NCBI RefSeq assembly: GCF_006345805.1 | Contig: NC_043026.1 | Location: forward strand, 10,106,001 to 10,170,000 | Source: Octopus sinensis | Lineage: Eukaryota | Direction of reading: 5' to 3' | Length of the DNA: 64,000 nt | In this document: piece after piece, positions 35,495 through 48,551 of the stretch | Position numbering within the stretch: position 1 is the first letter of the stretch | Layout of the letters: the number at the start of each line of letters is the position of its first letter | Position numbers and translations under genes: made by a program | The notes under the pieces: model-generated | Seen by the model: only the letters and a program-made list of their open reading frames with translations | Databases searched by the model: none | What the model was told of the DNA's origin: nothing

Positions 35495-37481
35495 ACGATC
35501 TCATCTCTTTTATCATGTGCTCAGAGGGAATCAATTCTACAATTTTCTCACTCTTTTCCATTATTTTTCCTCTCAAATTCCAGTTAATGCATTTTTCTTG
35601 TTCTCATATTTTATTCCTTGCAAACACTTCTTCTGCTCTATTTCTCTCTTGTGTCAACTTTGTTTAGCAACACTTCCATAAATTTATCCAACTTAAACGA
35701 TCACACAGGCTCCTCCTTTTGACACTCCAGTCTGGGATGTTCACAAATTTGCTTATAATATTATTATTACTTCAGAGCAAATGTTTCACACGAACTCTTC
35801 CATAGATTTGTAGAAACAATGTGATACATCTGTTTTGTATAATATTTTCTTTCAGTCTTTAAAACGTGGTAGATATTGAGGATGAGTCTTTTGTTACATT
35901 AATGTGTTCTGAAATTACAGAGAAACAACAGTGTAAGATGTCGAGGCTACTTAAAACATACAGATTCATTTCTATCGAGACAAACTGTAGAAATAAACAT
36001 TTACCTTAACAACTGAGCCGGATGCCAACAGCTCTATGAAAAAGTGCCAATCTCTCAAAGTAGATGGGACACATGGAAGTGGGACACCCAAGGAGTCATA
36101 GGTGTAAGTGCTGATGAACGAACTTAGGATGATGTACCTATCAGGTGATACGACAAAGACCGAGATGCCTGGCACCTTGCTCTACTGAAGAAGACTCGAA
36201 GTGTGCAGCAGAGGTATTTAAATGCATCCCTGTGGTGGCAGAAAGCACTTGTGACCTTGCTATTTTTCTAAATTTATTTTACATTGTGTACATCCAGAGT
36301 GGAACTTTTATTGTACTTTGCCCCAGAGAACATTATAGATTGTCTGAAGACAAAACATATTGCCAATGAAAAAACGTGTGCTTGCACACATTCGATGAAT
36401 TTGCGAAATTCTAGTCATTCTAAATGTAAAAAGAAAAACCCTCTTTCCATCAGGAAAGGTACATTTACAGAAAACTCTAAGCTGCCATTATATGCAATTT
36501 TTCATTTAGTGTCTTATAACCCTAACCCTAACTTTTCTTTTTACCTTGCATGCTTTTCCATTTACTAGTTATATATTCCAACCCGTCGTGGTTTCGGGTA
36601 TATACAATGTTACGGTAAATAAATAACCTTTTCTAACCTAAACACTAACCCCTACATCTTGACCCGCAAAATTCGGATCTTGTGAATTTTCCGAAGCCAT
36701 CTCCCCACCCTCTAGGAAAAGATTTCCCCCCATAAATTTCTTTAAAACCGTAATGTATGCCGTTTGAAAGGTATTTCTATAAAATTTCATTGAAAAAAAG
36801 AAAACCCATTTTCCTAAAAGTTACGAGGGAAAAGCTCGGATCTTGTGAATTTTCCGAAGTACTCTCCCGTTGCTTTGCGCGCATTTTGTTTTCATATTCG
36901 TTTCCTACACATTGTTTTACATCCATTCCAGTATACTTTTTGGATTTTCCTTTCCGGGTCGAGATGTAAACATTAACTAAAGTTGGGCGATCTTTCGTTT
37001 GTAGTAGCACGTTTCCGTCGCTGATTTCCGAAAAAACTTTTATTTTTTTACATATGGACTTGCGGGAACATTTGAAGTAATGAGAGCGAAAGAGACTAAA
37101 AGGAAGCGATTTTATGACGAGGGAATTTCTTTTGAAGTTATCAAAGCATTGATGTACATGTGTGTGTGTGCGCGCGTGTGTGTGCGTGTTTGATGGGGTG
37201 TGGCAGACAGACAGTATGTTGTGTAAGTGAAGTGCTTCTGTTAGTGTGTGTGAAGAGACAGAGTAATGTGTGAAAGAGAGAGATAACTGAAATTTTTTAC
37301 TCGGTGTATGTGTATATGTATGTATGCATGTGTGTGTATGTATCTATGGCCTATTCAGTGTAATTGTTTACTCAGTGTATGTGTATATGTATGTCTGAAT
37401 GTATGTGTGTGTCGATGCGCCAAAAAAACCGAAAGTCTATAGAATTAAAAACAATGAAAATTTTCTTTGCTTAATACTTAC

Positions 37482-37651
37482 GGAAATGTTTCATAAAGGA
37501 TAGTGTTGTTATATGGGTGTGTGTCTGGCAGTTGAGGAATACATTAGAACTATTATAAATGTATTATTAGCTGATTAGGAGAAATTCACGCACCTGGACA
37601 TTTAACCAGATATCAACGTAAAATATTAAGTACGTTGAATGAGCATGCGCA
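37482..37651 (-). promoter_or_regulatory. putative promoter motif and non-coding exon 1 of Z3
   Basis: GCATGCGCA at 37643-37651 and minus-strand GAAACATTTCC|GTAAGTA donor at 37481. Confidence 0.72.
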
Positions 37652-37779
37652 TCTAACATATATGTACATATAGTATATACGAAGTGAAGCTATACAATAG
37701 CGTCGTATTTATTACGATTGCTATTTTCCAGTAGATATCGGTGCCTCATTGTACCATTTATTCACTTTTATACATATAT

Positions 37780-37873
<94 letters not shown>

Positions 37874-37879
37874 GTATGT

Positions 37880-38134
37880 ATATGAAAGGAAAAAGGTGTT
37901 CAGAATGCTGGATGGTTTTAAAAAATATATATTTATTTACATGTCACATTTTTTCTTCATATTAGCGCTTTCAACTACTCCTGTAGTTTCATCAGAAAAT
38001 ATCATTTTCATCATTTTCTAATGAAACTACAGGAGTTGTTGAAAGCGCTAATATGAAGAAATAATATGTGATATGTAAATAAATATATATTTTTACAACC
38101 ATCCAGCATTCTGAACACCTTTTTCCTTTCATAT
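37880..38134. mobile_element. 255-bp foldback made of two head-to-head Penelope-like terminal-repeat fragments, each with a hammerhead-like core
   Basis: ~121-bp arms with a 12-nt spacer. The left arm (minus strand) reads CTGATGA-AACTAC-AGGA-GTAGTT-GAAA-GCGC-TA; the right arm carries CTAATGA and GTTGTT variants. AATAAA follows in both arms. Confidence 0.72.
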
Positions 38135-38185
38135 GTATTCAATCTGTACACCACCCCCAATACTTCTAATATATATATATATATT

Positions 38186-38224
38186 TTTTGTAAAATCTTC
38201 GTTCAGCTCCATTTCTTCCCTCAC

Positions 38225-38292
<68 letters not shown>

Positions 38293-38331
38293 GTGAGGGA
38301 AGAAATGGAGCTGAACGAAGATTTTACAAAA
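38186..38331. repeat. perfect 146-bp palindrome (43-bp unique arms around a (TA)n core)
   Basis: ttttgtaaaatcttcgttcagctccatttcttccctcactaaa-(TA)n-tttagtgagggaagaaatggagctgaacgaagattttacaaaa; symmetry centre 38258/38259. Confidence 0.93.
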
Positions 38332-38795
38332 TTCCTTTTTATTATTTTCTACATATGTTTCAAAGGCTGCAAAGTCCCTAATTCGGATTGAATTCCCTCA
38401 CTAAATATATAAAACTTCAAATTTCCGCACTAAGGCACGGTTTTAAGACTCCATGGTCGTAACCTCAACCGTGCTTTTTCTGTTGTGATTTTTGCTACCC
38501 AGGTGTCGGTTATCATTTGAATAATCCGTAATAAGATAATTCATTTATCTACTTCAATAATATATATATATTATGTTATATAATTAGAGTTCAGTAAAAT
38601 AATTTACTTTACCACACACCGAACTTTTAGTAATAGCAGCCAAAAAATTTTAGCTATTTCCTCTACTATTATTTTGCTGAACCCTAATTATATAACGTAA
38701 TGTTATAAATATACCGTAAATGGTCTTTTTACACACTGAACACTACTTGGTAAAATTGATAATTAATAATTAATTAATTTTACCCTTTTATTATT

Positions 38796-38797
<2 letters not shown>

Positions 38798-38879
<82 letters not shown>

Positions 38880-39423
38880 TAGTTGTGTGAGTGTCTGTCC
38901 CCTTCGATTTAGATTCCTAACTACTCCCACATTTTGCGGTGCAGTTTAACCAAAACCGGGTATCTTATAGTCGTGATTCATATCGAGCCCTTCTGGCTAT
39001 TAGCGCGCGTCTACGATGAGTCTACGATTTTAAAAATAATTTAACATCATTTTTTATTCCCTTTTAATGCATAATTTTTCGTGTGTCGATGGCGGCGGAG
39101 TTGGCGTCCATGGTCACACCTGCACCTGTTTGCTTCTCCCCCTTCTTTCCTCCCTCGTGAAGCTGTGGGGAAGGGAGTGTAAGGAAATCAACGTCGTAAA
39201 GCGTTGTCAAGGAGACCAGCGTTCTTTTAGAACAACGACTTCATGGCTTGAAGACACCAAAACAGAAAATGTCTACGATGAGTCAACGATTTAAAAAAAA
39301 ATTTGCCATCATTTTTCGTCCATTTTTAATACATTTTTTTGCTATTATTTGGCTATAACTCTCTAAAAATGCTTATATAGTTATTTCCCTTACAAACCCG
39401 AGCAACGCCGGGCGATACTGCTA

Positions 39424-39424
<1 letters not shown>
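38798..39424 (+). mobile_element. non-autonomous Helitron
   Basis: 3' hairpin cccgagcaacgccggg followed by CTAG|T at 39421-39425. Same family as 55587-56093; the 5' end is expanded into (TA)n, so the start is approximate. Confidence 0.87.
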
Positions 39425-39462
<38 letters not shown>

Positions 39463-39465
<3 letters not shown>

Positions 39466-39910
39466 TTTGATACTTTGATAGGTTTCAGCCATTATTGGCC
39501 CAGGCCATGTCTAACTTAATAGCACCACCTGGTGAAGTCTTTCAAGTCAGAATTTGGGCACTATGGTCCACTCAAGTAGAGAGTTATTGTTTACAGAGAC
39601 ATATCCGGGTGTAGGGGGTTTATCCGGGATTTCTTGAAGGAATCTGGCCAAAGACTTCTTGAACCCTATAGGGTCTGTTTCTGTTTTAATGTGTTTTGGT
39701 GTAATGTTAAAGAGAGCGGGGCCAATTGAGGTGAAATAATTGTGCCGTATTGTTGTTATGAGATGAGAGTGCGATTTTTGTTTTGGGCGGATGGCACGGG
39801 GCCCAAGCCTTGGATGTACCTTAAAGGTGATGCCAACATCATTTGGGCAATGCTGATGGAATATTTTCCACATCATGCAGATGATGTAGCGCTCACGGCT
39901 ATATATGAAA
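39463..39910 (-). mobile_element. CR1/L2-group LINE 3' fragment
   Basis: YSRERYIICMMWKI...HPRLG...FTSIGPALFNITPKHIK...FKKSLARFLQEIPDKPPTPGY...NSLLEW is a typical post-RT C-terminus. Short (TCAAAGTA)n tail. Confidence 0.82.
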
Positions 39911-39951
39911 AAACAAGTCAAGATAGAAATGCTAAAATGATTTTATAAAGA

Positions 39952-40034
<83 letters not shown>

Positions 40035-40235
40035 TATACATATATATACATATATATATATATATATTTATTTATACCTATGAGAGGGAAACCACTATGT
40101 GGACACCATTATGCTAGAAATAGATCCGCTATGGTCTTACCACTAAGAAATGTTCTCGAGAAGAACTTAGCTAAACAACCAATAAAGGGAGATAATTTAG
40201 ACTCAGCTGCCTGGAAACGTTTCAGAGAGGAGATA

Positions 40236-40389
40236 CGCATGCGCAGTGAAAGTACTTCCCTCTGCATTTGGATATTTTGCCAGAATTTCTCTTAATCAGC
40301 TGATTAATTCATCTATGATTCTTATAATACATTTCTCAGCTACTAGATACTCACATATGTAAGAGCACTGTCCTTTGTGAAACATTTCC
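40236..40389 (+). promoter_or_regulatory. putative promoter motif and non-coding exon 1 of Z4
   Basis: CCAAT near 40190, CGCATGCGCA at 40236-40245 and GAAACATTTCC|GTAAGTA donor at 40390. Confidence 0.72.
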
Positions 40390-40457
40390 GTAAGTAATAA
40401 ACAACGAAGATGTTCAGTGCTTTTTGCCACGTCAATGCTATGTTTTATGAATGAAAG

Positions 40458-41211
40458 ATGTCCCTGACTTGTGTGAGATTTGGCTGCTATTTCTAGCTAT
40501 GGAACAGAGATACCGTGATCTGTGCGAAATTTCACCCTATTTCTAGCTACGAAAGACATATGTCCCTGACTTGTGTGAGATTTGGCTGCTATTTCTAGCT
40601 ATGGAACAGAGATACCGTGATCTGTGCGAAATTTCACCCTATTTCTAGCTACGAAAGACAGATGTCCCTGACTTGTGTGAGATTTGGCTGCTATTTCTAG
40701 CTATGGAACAGAGATACCGTGATCTGTGCGAAATTTCACCCTATTTCTAGCTACGAAAGACAGATGTCCCTGACTTGTGTGAGATTTGGCTGCTATTTCT
40801 AGCTATGGAACAGAGATACCGTGATCTGTGTGAAATTTCACCCTATTACTAGCTACGAAAGACATATGTCCCTGACTTGTGTGAGATTTGGCTGCTATTT
40901 CTAGCTATGGAACTGAGATACCGTGATCTGTGCGAAATTTCACCCTATTTCTAGCTACGAAAGACAGATGTCCTTGACTTGTGTGAGATTTGGCTGCTAT
41001 TTCTAGCTATGGAACTGAGATACCGTGATCTGTGCGAAATTTCACCCTATTTCTAGCTACGAAAGACAGATGTCCCTGACTTGTGTGAGATTTGGCTGCT
41101 ATTTCTAGCTATGGAACTGAGATACCGTGATCTGTGCGAAATTTCACCCTATTTCTAGCTACGAAAGACAGATGTCCCTGACTTGTGTGAGATTTAGCTG
41201 CTATTTCTAGC
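40458..41211. repeat. 102-bp tandem array (7 full units plus a partial) in Z4 intron 1
   Basis: atgtcc(c/t)tgac recurs at 40458, 40560, 40662, 40764, 40866, 40968, 41070 and 41172. Confidence 0.96.
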
Positions 41212-42558
41212 GGAGAAAGCTATCTCGTACAATCTCCATCGTTGCCTCGTCAGTTTGTTGTGTATTTTAGTTTGAGAAATAGTCTGAAATACACTCCATC
41301 CACTTTCAGGAAAATGGGTATTCTTTCGATATAACTCGACAAAATCAAAACGTTTCACTTCGGATATTTCCGTGGAAGCAAATGACAGTTCGATTCTGTT
41401 TTCTGCTTGGAAATTTGGAGATTTTACATACAGACACGAAACAGGGAAGGACAAATATGCAAGGCTTTTTTTTTCTTCAAGTTTAAAACGAGACATTGCT
41501 GGCATAATTTCGTTATATCTAAACTCCACAACCCACGGAGATACCCGAAGTGAAATGTTTTGAATTTGTCGAGTTATATCGAAGGAATGACCAGATCTGG
41601 ACCCCACGGAATTTGTTGCCTCATAACTTCCAGAAAAATGAATATTTTTTAACGAAAGTTTCACGAAATACCGCTTAGATTCTGTGGATTCAGAATGTAT
41701 AGGAATTTACGGGAAAGAAATTTTCCAAGTGGGTGGGAAAAGAGTTTCGAAAAATTCACAAGACTCGACATTTCTTTCCCTTATAACTTTCAGGAAAATG
41801 GGTATCTTTTAATGAAAGTTTATACCTTTCAGACGGCTTAGATGACGGTTAGAAAGAAATTGGGGGAAAATTGTTTTCCGATTGGGTGAGAAGAAGAGTT
41901 TCGGATCAAGGAGACCACATAAGTTGGAATTTCTCCATTTTGACGGAATTTTCCAATTTTATTTTCATCACAGACTTAGGAATGATGGGAGACATCTTTT
42001 TTATTGAAAATCCCCATCAGTATCTCAATCCGTACTGATTTTGGCCAATTTTTCTTTTGCACTTAGAGACCATGGTGGTGAGGGAGCCTTTTCAGTAAAA
42101 ACTATATAATTAATATATTCAGATATTCTGTTGTTAAGGGAAATGTTTATTTCTACAGTTTATCTCAATAGAAATGAATCTGTATTTTTTTGAGTAGCCT
42201 CTACATCTTACACTGTTTTTTCTATCTGATTTCAGGACATCAGATGACATTGACATAACAGAAGAAACTATATCTACCATGTTTTAAGGAATAAAGGAAA
42301 TTATTATACAAGACAGATGTATAGCATTGTTTCTAGAAATCTGTGGAAGAATTCCTGTGAAACATTTCTGAACATCACTGACTGAAGCATGAAGAAGAGT
42401 GGCTCCTGTTCTGATGAAACTTGGATAAATTCATGTAATTGCTGCTAGAGAAAGGTAACCCTGGACAGAAATACAGCTGTAGTAGGAGCAGTAGTAAGGA
42501 ATAAAGTGTAAGAAGAAAGCAGGAAAAATATTTAAACTGGGATTTGTGAGGAAAAAGA

Positions 42559-44061
42559 ATGGAAAAGAGTGAGAAAAGTATGATTTCCTCTGAACCCATG
42601 ACGAAAGAGGAAAGGAAATTGTCATACGAGTGTGATGTCTGTAAAAAGGTCTTCTCCCTAAAATGTAACTTAATTTTTCACAAACGTATTCATACAGGAG
42701 ACAAACCATATCATTGTGAGGTCTGTGGTAAATCTTTCTCTCATTGTAGTAGCTTCAGTACACATAAACGTGTTCATACAGGAGAGAAACCGTATCATTG
42801 TGAAATCTGTGGTAAATCATTCTCTCAGAGTAGTCATTTAGCTACACATATACGTATTCATAAGGGTGAGAAACCCAATCGTTGTGATATCTGTGGTAAA
42901 TCATTCTCTCGGAGTGGTCATTTAACTACACATATACGTATTCATAAGGGTGAGAAACCCTATCATTGTGATATCTGTGGTAAATTATTCTCTCAAAGTA
43001 GTCATTTAGCTACACATATACGTATTCATAAGGGTGAGAAACCCAATCGTTGTGATATCTGTGGTAAATCATTCTCTCGGAGTGGTCATTTAACTACACA
43101 TATACGTATTCATAAGGGTGAGAAACCCTATCATTGTGATATCTGTGGTAAATCATTCTCTCAAAGTACTCATTTAGCTACACATATACGTATTCATAAG
43201 GGTGAGAAACCCTATCGTTGTGATATCTGTGGTAAATCATTCTCTCGGAGTGGTCATTTAGCTACACATATACGTATTCATACAGGTGAAGAACCATATC
43301 ACTGTGATATCTGTGGTAAATCATTCACTCAAAATAGTCACCTCATTACACATATACGTATTCATACAGGAGAGAAACCATATCACTGTGATATCTGTGG
43401 TAACTCATATTCTGTAAGTAGTTTGTTAACTCGACACAAGCGAATTCATACTGGAGAGAGACCATATCACTGTGAAATCTGTGGTAAATCATTCTCTAAT
43501 AGTAGTGTCTTGTCTAGACATAAACGTATTCATACAGGAGAGAAGCCATATCATTGTGATATCTGTGGTAAATCATTCTCTGGCAGTAATGTTTTAATTT
43601 CGCACAAACGTGTTCATACAAAGGAGAAGCCGTATGACTGTGATGTCTGTGGTAAACGATTCTCAGAAAATAGTCACTTAACTAATCATAAACGTATTCA
43701 TACAGGAGAAAAACCATATTGTTGTGATGTCTGTGGTACATCATTCTCCTATAGAGGTTCATTAACTGCACACAAACGTAGTCATACAGGTGAGAAACCA
43801 TATCGCTGTGATATCTGTGGTAAATCACTCTCTCGAAGTAATGACTTGATTGCACACAAACGTATTCATACAGGTGAGAAACCATATCATTGTGAGGTCT
43901 GTGGTAAATCATTCTCTCAAAATAGTAGCTTAACAAAACACAAACATATTCATACAGGTGAGAAACCATATCATTGTGGTATCTGTGGTAAATCATTCTC
44001 TCAAAATAGTGTCCAGAGAAAACACGAACGTATTCATACAGTAAAGAAAGGAAAAGTGTAG
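42559..44061 (+). CDS. C2H2 zinc-finger protein Z4 (17 fingers)
   Basis: 500-aa ORF, ATG at 42559, acceptor tctgatttcAG at 42234-42235. Fingers 3-8 are a two-finger module repeated three times. Confidence 0.95.
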   Translation: MEKSEKSMISSEPMTKEERKLSYECDVCKKVFSLKCNLIFHKRIHTGDKPYHCEVCGKSFSHCSSFSTHKRVHTGEKPYHCEICGKSFSQSSHLATHIRIHKGEKPNRCDICGKSFSRSGHLTTHIRIHKGEKPYHCDICGKLFSQSSHLATHIRIHKGEKPNRCDICGKSFSRSGHLTTHIRIHKGEKPYHCDICGKSFSQSTHLATHIRIHKGEKPYRCDICGKSFSRSGHLATHIRIHTGEEPYHCDICGKSFTQNSHLITHIRIHTGEKPYHCDICGNSYSVSSLLTRHKRIHTGERPYHCEICGKSFSNSSVLSRHKRIHTGEKPYHCDICGKSFSGSNVLISHKRVHTKEKPYDCDVCGKRFSENSHLTNHKRIHTGEKPYCCDVCGTSFSYRGSLTAHKRSHTGEKPYRCDICGKSLSRSNDLIAHKRIHTGEKPYHCEVCGKSFSQNSSLTKHKHIHTGEKPYHCGICGKSFSQNSVQRKHERIHTVKKGKV

Positions 44062-44449
44062 TCTGAATGGTTTCTTAGTTTCTATGTCTTTGTAATATTC
44101 TTGTTTTATGTCCTGGAGATTATGAATAAAGAATTTCGAATATTTTAGGGTTTTTTTTTCTTTTGTTTTTCAGTTTTCGCTTTCCTTGAATTGAGTATAA
44201 AAATGTAGATCAATATACCTATTTTTGAAAAGTTTAATTTTGACTGTTTCAAAATCTGTGATGAAAATAGAAAAGACCTTTCTATTTGTCTGCTTCTTAC
44301 GATTTTTCAATATTCCAATGATAAACTATTCCTCTCTCTACATATTGACAGCAATCTCTCACTCTATATATGAAAGCATATATACAAACACACACACATA
44401 TATATATATATATATACATGTGAGTATATGCTTTCGTCAGCTTCACATA

Positions 44450-44833
44450 GAAGCCCCAGCCCATCCAAAGTGCCTTGGATCGCAGGACGGCCTGCTGTGC
44501 TTACCTTGGATCGTAGGGCCACCTGCTGTGCTTGCGGAGACCTACTGAGTCAAGTACATCAAAATCAAAAAATCAAATGGAAATTGTAGTTGTGATACTT
44601 GTGCCGGTGGCACGTAAATAGCACCATCCGAACGTGGCCAATGCCAGCGCCACCTCGACAGGCCTCTGTGCCGGCAGCACGTAAAAAGCACCATCCGAAT
44701 GTGGCCGATACCAGGGCCGCATCGACTGGCTTCCGTGCCGGTGGCAGGTAAAAATTACCAACCGATCGTGGCTGTTGCCAGCCTTCCCTGGCATCTGTGC
44801 TGGTGGCACGTAAAAAGCACCCACTACACTCAC
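44450..44833 (+). mobile_element. RTE 3' UTR-type repeat (3'-truncated), paralogous to 49586-50023
   Basis: Shared start gaagcccca.cccatccaaagtgccttggatcgcagg and the internal tandem unit. Confidence 0.8.
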
Positions 44834-44958
44834 GTGTCTCCTCAGTTGCACTTCTGGATCCGTCACCAGTGCTGTGCCATCATCAAATGAACAACTGTCT
44901 CACCTGCCATTTCTTTCCATTTTCTCCCACCATTTGGAGTTGTATAAATTTATATATA

Positions 44959-45445
44959 AATAATAATAATGAAATTATTGTATACAGTGCTCAGGTGCAC
45001 CACAACTTGTCAGAAAGTGCATATAAAGTTAATGCAGTAATGTACGAATGTCTGGGAAGTGAACAGTGTATGAGTCAGATACATGCTTGCGTGTGTATGG
45101 AGGGGAGAAAATCAGGTGTAGTGTTGGCGAATCTCAGGAAGCATGGAAGTTTTGAAGGATGCAGTGCTCCGACAACTAACAACTGATGCCAGCAGTTTGT
45201 TCCATGCTTCAGCAACTCTCAGCGTGAAAAAATGTTTCCTGAAGTCATGGGAGCTGTGCTGTTTTCTGACTTTGTAAACATGTCCAAGGGTGTTAGATGG
45301 GTGGAGTTTGAAAAGGTGCTCAGAGTTATTGTTTGTACGATGGTTGATAATTTTATAGGTGTCTGCCAAGTCAGCTGCCAGACGTCGGAGTTTCAATGTG
45401 TCCATGCCCAGGGAAGTAAGGCGTTCAGGATATGGCAAATGCACA
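44959..45445 (-). mobile_element. CR1-like LINE 3' fragment
   Basis: LPYPERLTSLGMDTLKLRRLAADLADTYKII...GHVYKVRK...RKHFFTLRVAEAWNKL; (ATT)n tail. Confidence 0.86.
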
Positions 45446-46051
45446 GAGAGATTTTGAGAGTGTCCCATACATCTAATTTTCGACTCTGAAAACCTTAGTT
45501 TTGACACTCGGCGATCAGAGTAAGGTTAAGAGGTTAACCCCTCATTAAGCTCCATCTGTGGAGAGGAGAGAACAATAAACCATTAATTTGATTGAGAATT
45601 AATAAAAACGTGGATTCGTTTTCAAATCCGCTATGCTATACTGTAGCTGTTCGCCACACATTCATACAATCACGTAATCATAAGTATACGAACATGTGTA
45701 GTTTGTATAAAATATGTATTTTATTCAAACATGAACAGGATATTTCTACAAAAACAGAAAGAGAGGGAAAAACATGTCTAGGTGATACCTTATTTTCATA
45801 GAATGATTTAAGGCAGATACCACGGATGAGTTAAAATATTTGGGCCAAGCTGGCAATGAATGGACCAATCAAGAGAGAAATAGAAAGGGCATTGTGAGTA
45901 GCGACGTATAACAACATCCGAGACGATGATCAATACAGCCAGGTATAAATACTCGCACAAACACACAAAGACCTCCTAACAGCAGGTATACTGTTGATTA
46001 AAGGGAGGTAAAGCAGAGCAGGTGCCCTCAGTATTTTGGTGAAAGGGTTAG

Positions 46052-46207
46052 GCATGCGCATTGAGCGTACTTCTTTCTTCACGTCGTCTGGTTTGAATGT
46101 TCTGGGCTTTTATTTCTCTTAATCAACTGATTAATACATTTATAATGTGTTTCTCAACTACCAGATACACACATATATAACAACTCTATCCTCTGTGAAA
46201 CATTTCC
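46052..46207 (+). promoter_or_regulatory. putative promoter motif and non-coding exon 1 of Z5
   Basis: CCAAT at 45865, GCATGCGCA at 46052-46060, donor at 46208. Confidence 0.72.
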
Positions 46208-47126
46208 GTAAGTATTAAACAAGGAAAATATTCGTTGTTTTTGATTCGGTAGACTTTTGGCTGCTATTTCTAGCGGAGAAAGCTATCTCGTACAATCTAT
46301 TTGGTTGCCACGTCAGTTGGTAGTGTTTTAGTTTGAGAAATAGTCTGGAATACACTCCAACTACTGAAATGATCAGAAACTGGCATGACTGTGTTTCAAA
46401 TTGCTTTTTATAGCCTAAATGTGTTTATGGGGAGAAAAATATTGAAAAACATCAATACATGCAAGGGTGAGAAGGAAACCAGGTAGGGGGTGTTGGGATG
46501 TGCTAGAAACAACAGCCAAATCTCCCTTAAATTACACTTTTACCGGATCTTTTCGATTTGACCGGCAGTTTATAAAATAATTTCTACGTAACTAAACACT
46601 TTTAAACTTCGTATACCGGTAGAATGTGTTTATAAAACATCTTTTTGTCTTGGCTTTATTGAGAAAATTCTATGGTTTGTAAGATATTTGTTGTTGTTAA
46701 GGGAAATGTTTATTTCTACAGTTTATCTCAATAGAAATGAATCTGTATTTTTTGAGTAGCCTCTACATCTTACACTGTTGTTTCTATCTGATTTCAGGCC
46801 ATCAGATGACATTGACATAACAGAAACAACATCCTCAATATCTACCATGTTTTAAGGAATAAAGGAAATTATTATACAAGACAGATGTATAGCATTGTTT
46901 CTAGAAATCTGTGGAAGAATTCCTGTGAAACATTTCTGAACATCACTGACTGAAGCATGAAGAAGAGTGGCTCCTGAGCTGATGAAACTTGGATAAATTT
47001 ATGTAATTGCTGCTAGAGAAAGGTAACCCTGGACAGAAATACAGCTGTAGTAGGAGCATTAGTAAGGAATAAAGTGTAAGAAGAAAGCAGGAAAAATATT
47101 TAAACTGGGATTTGAGAGGAAAAAGA

Positions 47127-48551
<1,425 letters not shown>

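Noticed and set aside
37741-38381. ORFs rich in IY/YI, HT and LS repeats here and throughout the window
   Set aside because: Translations of (TA)n, (CA)n and (CT)n microsatellites.
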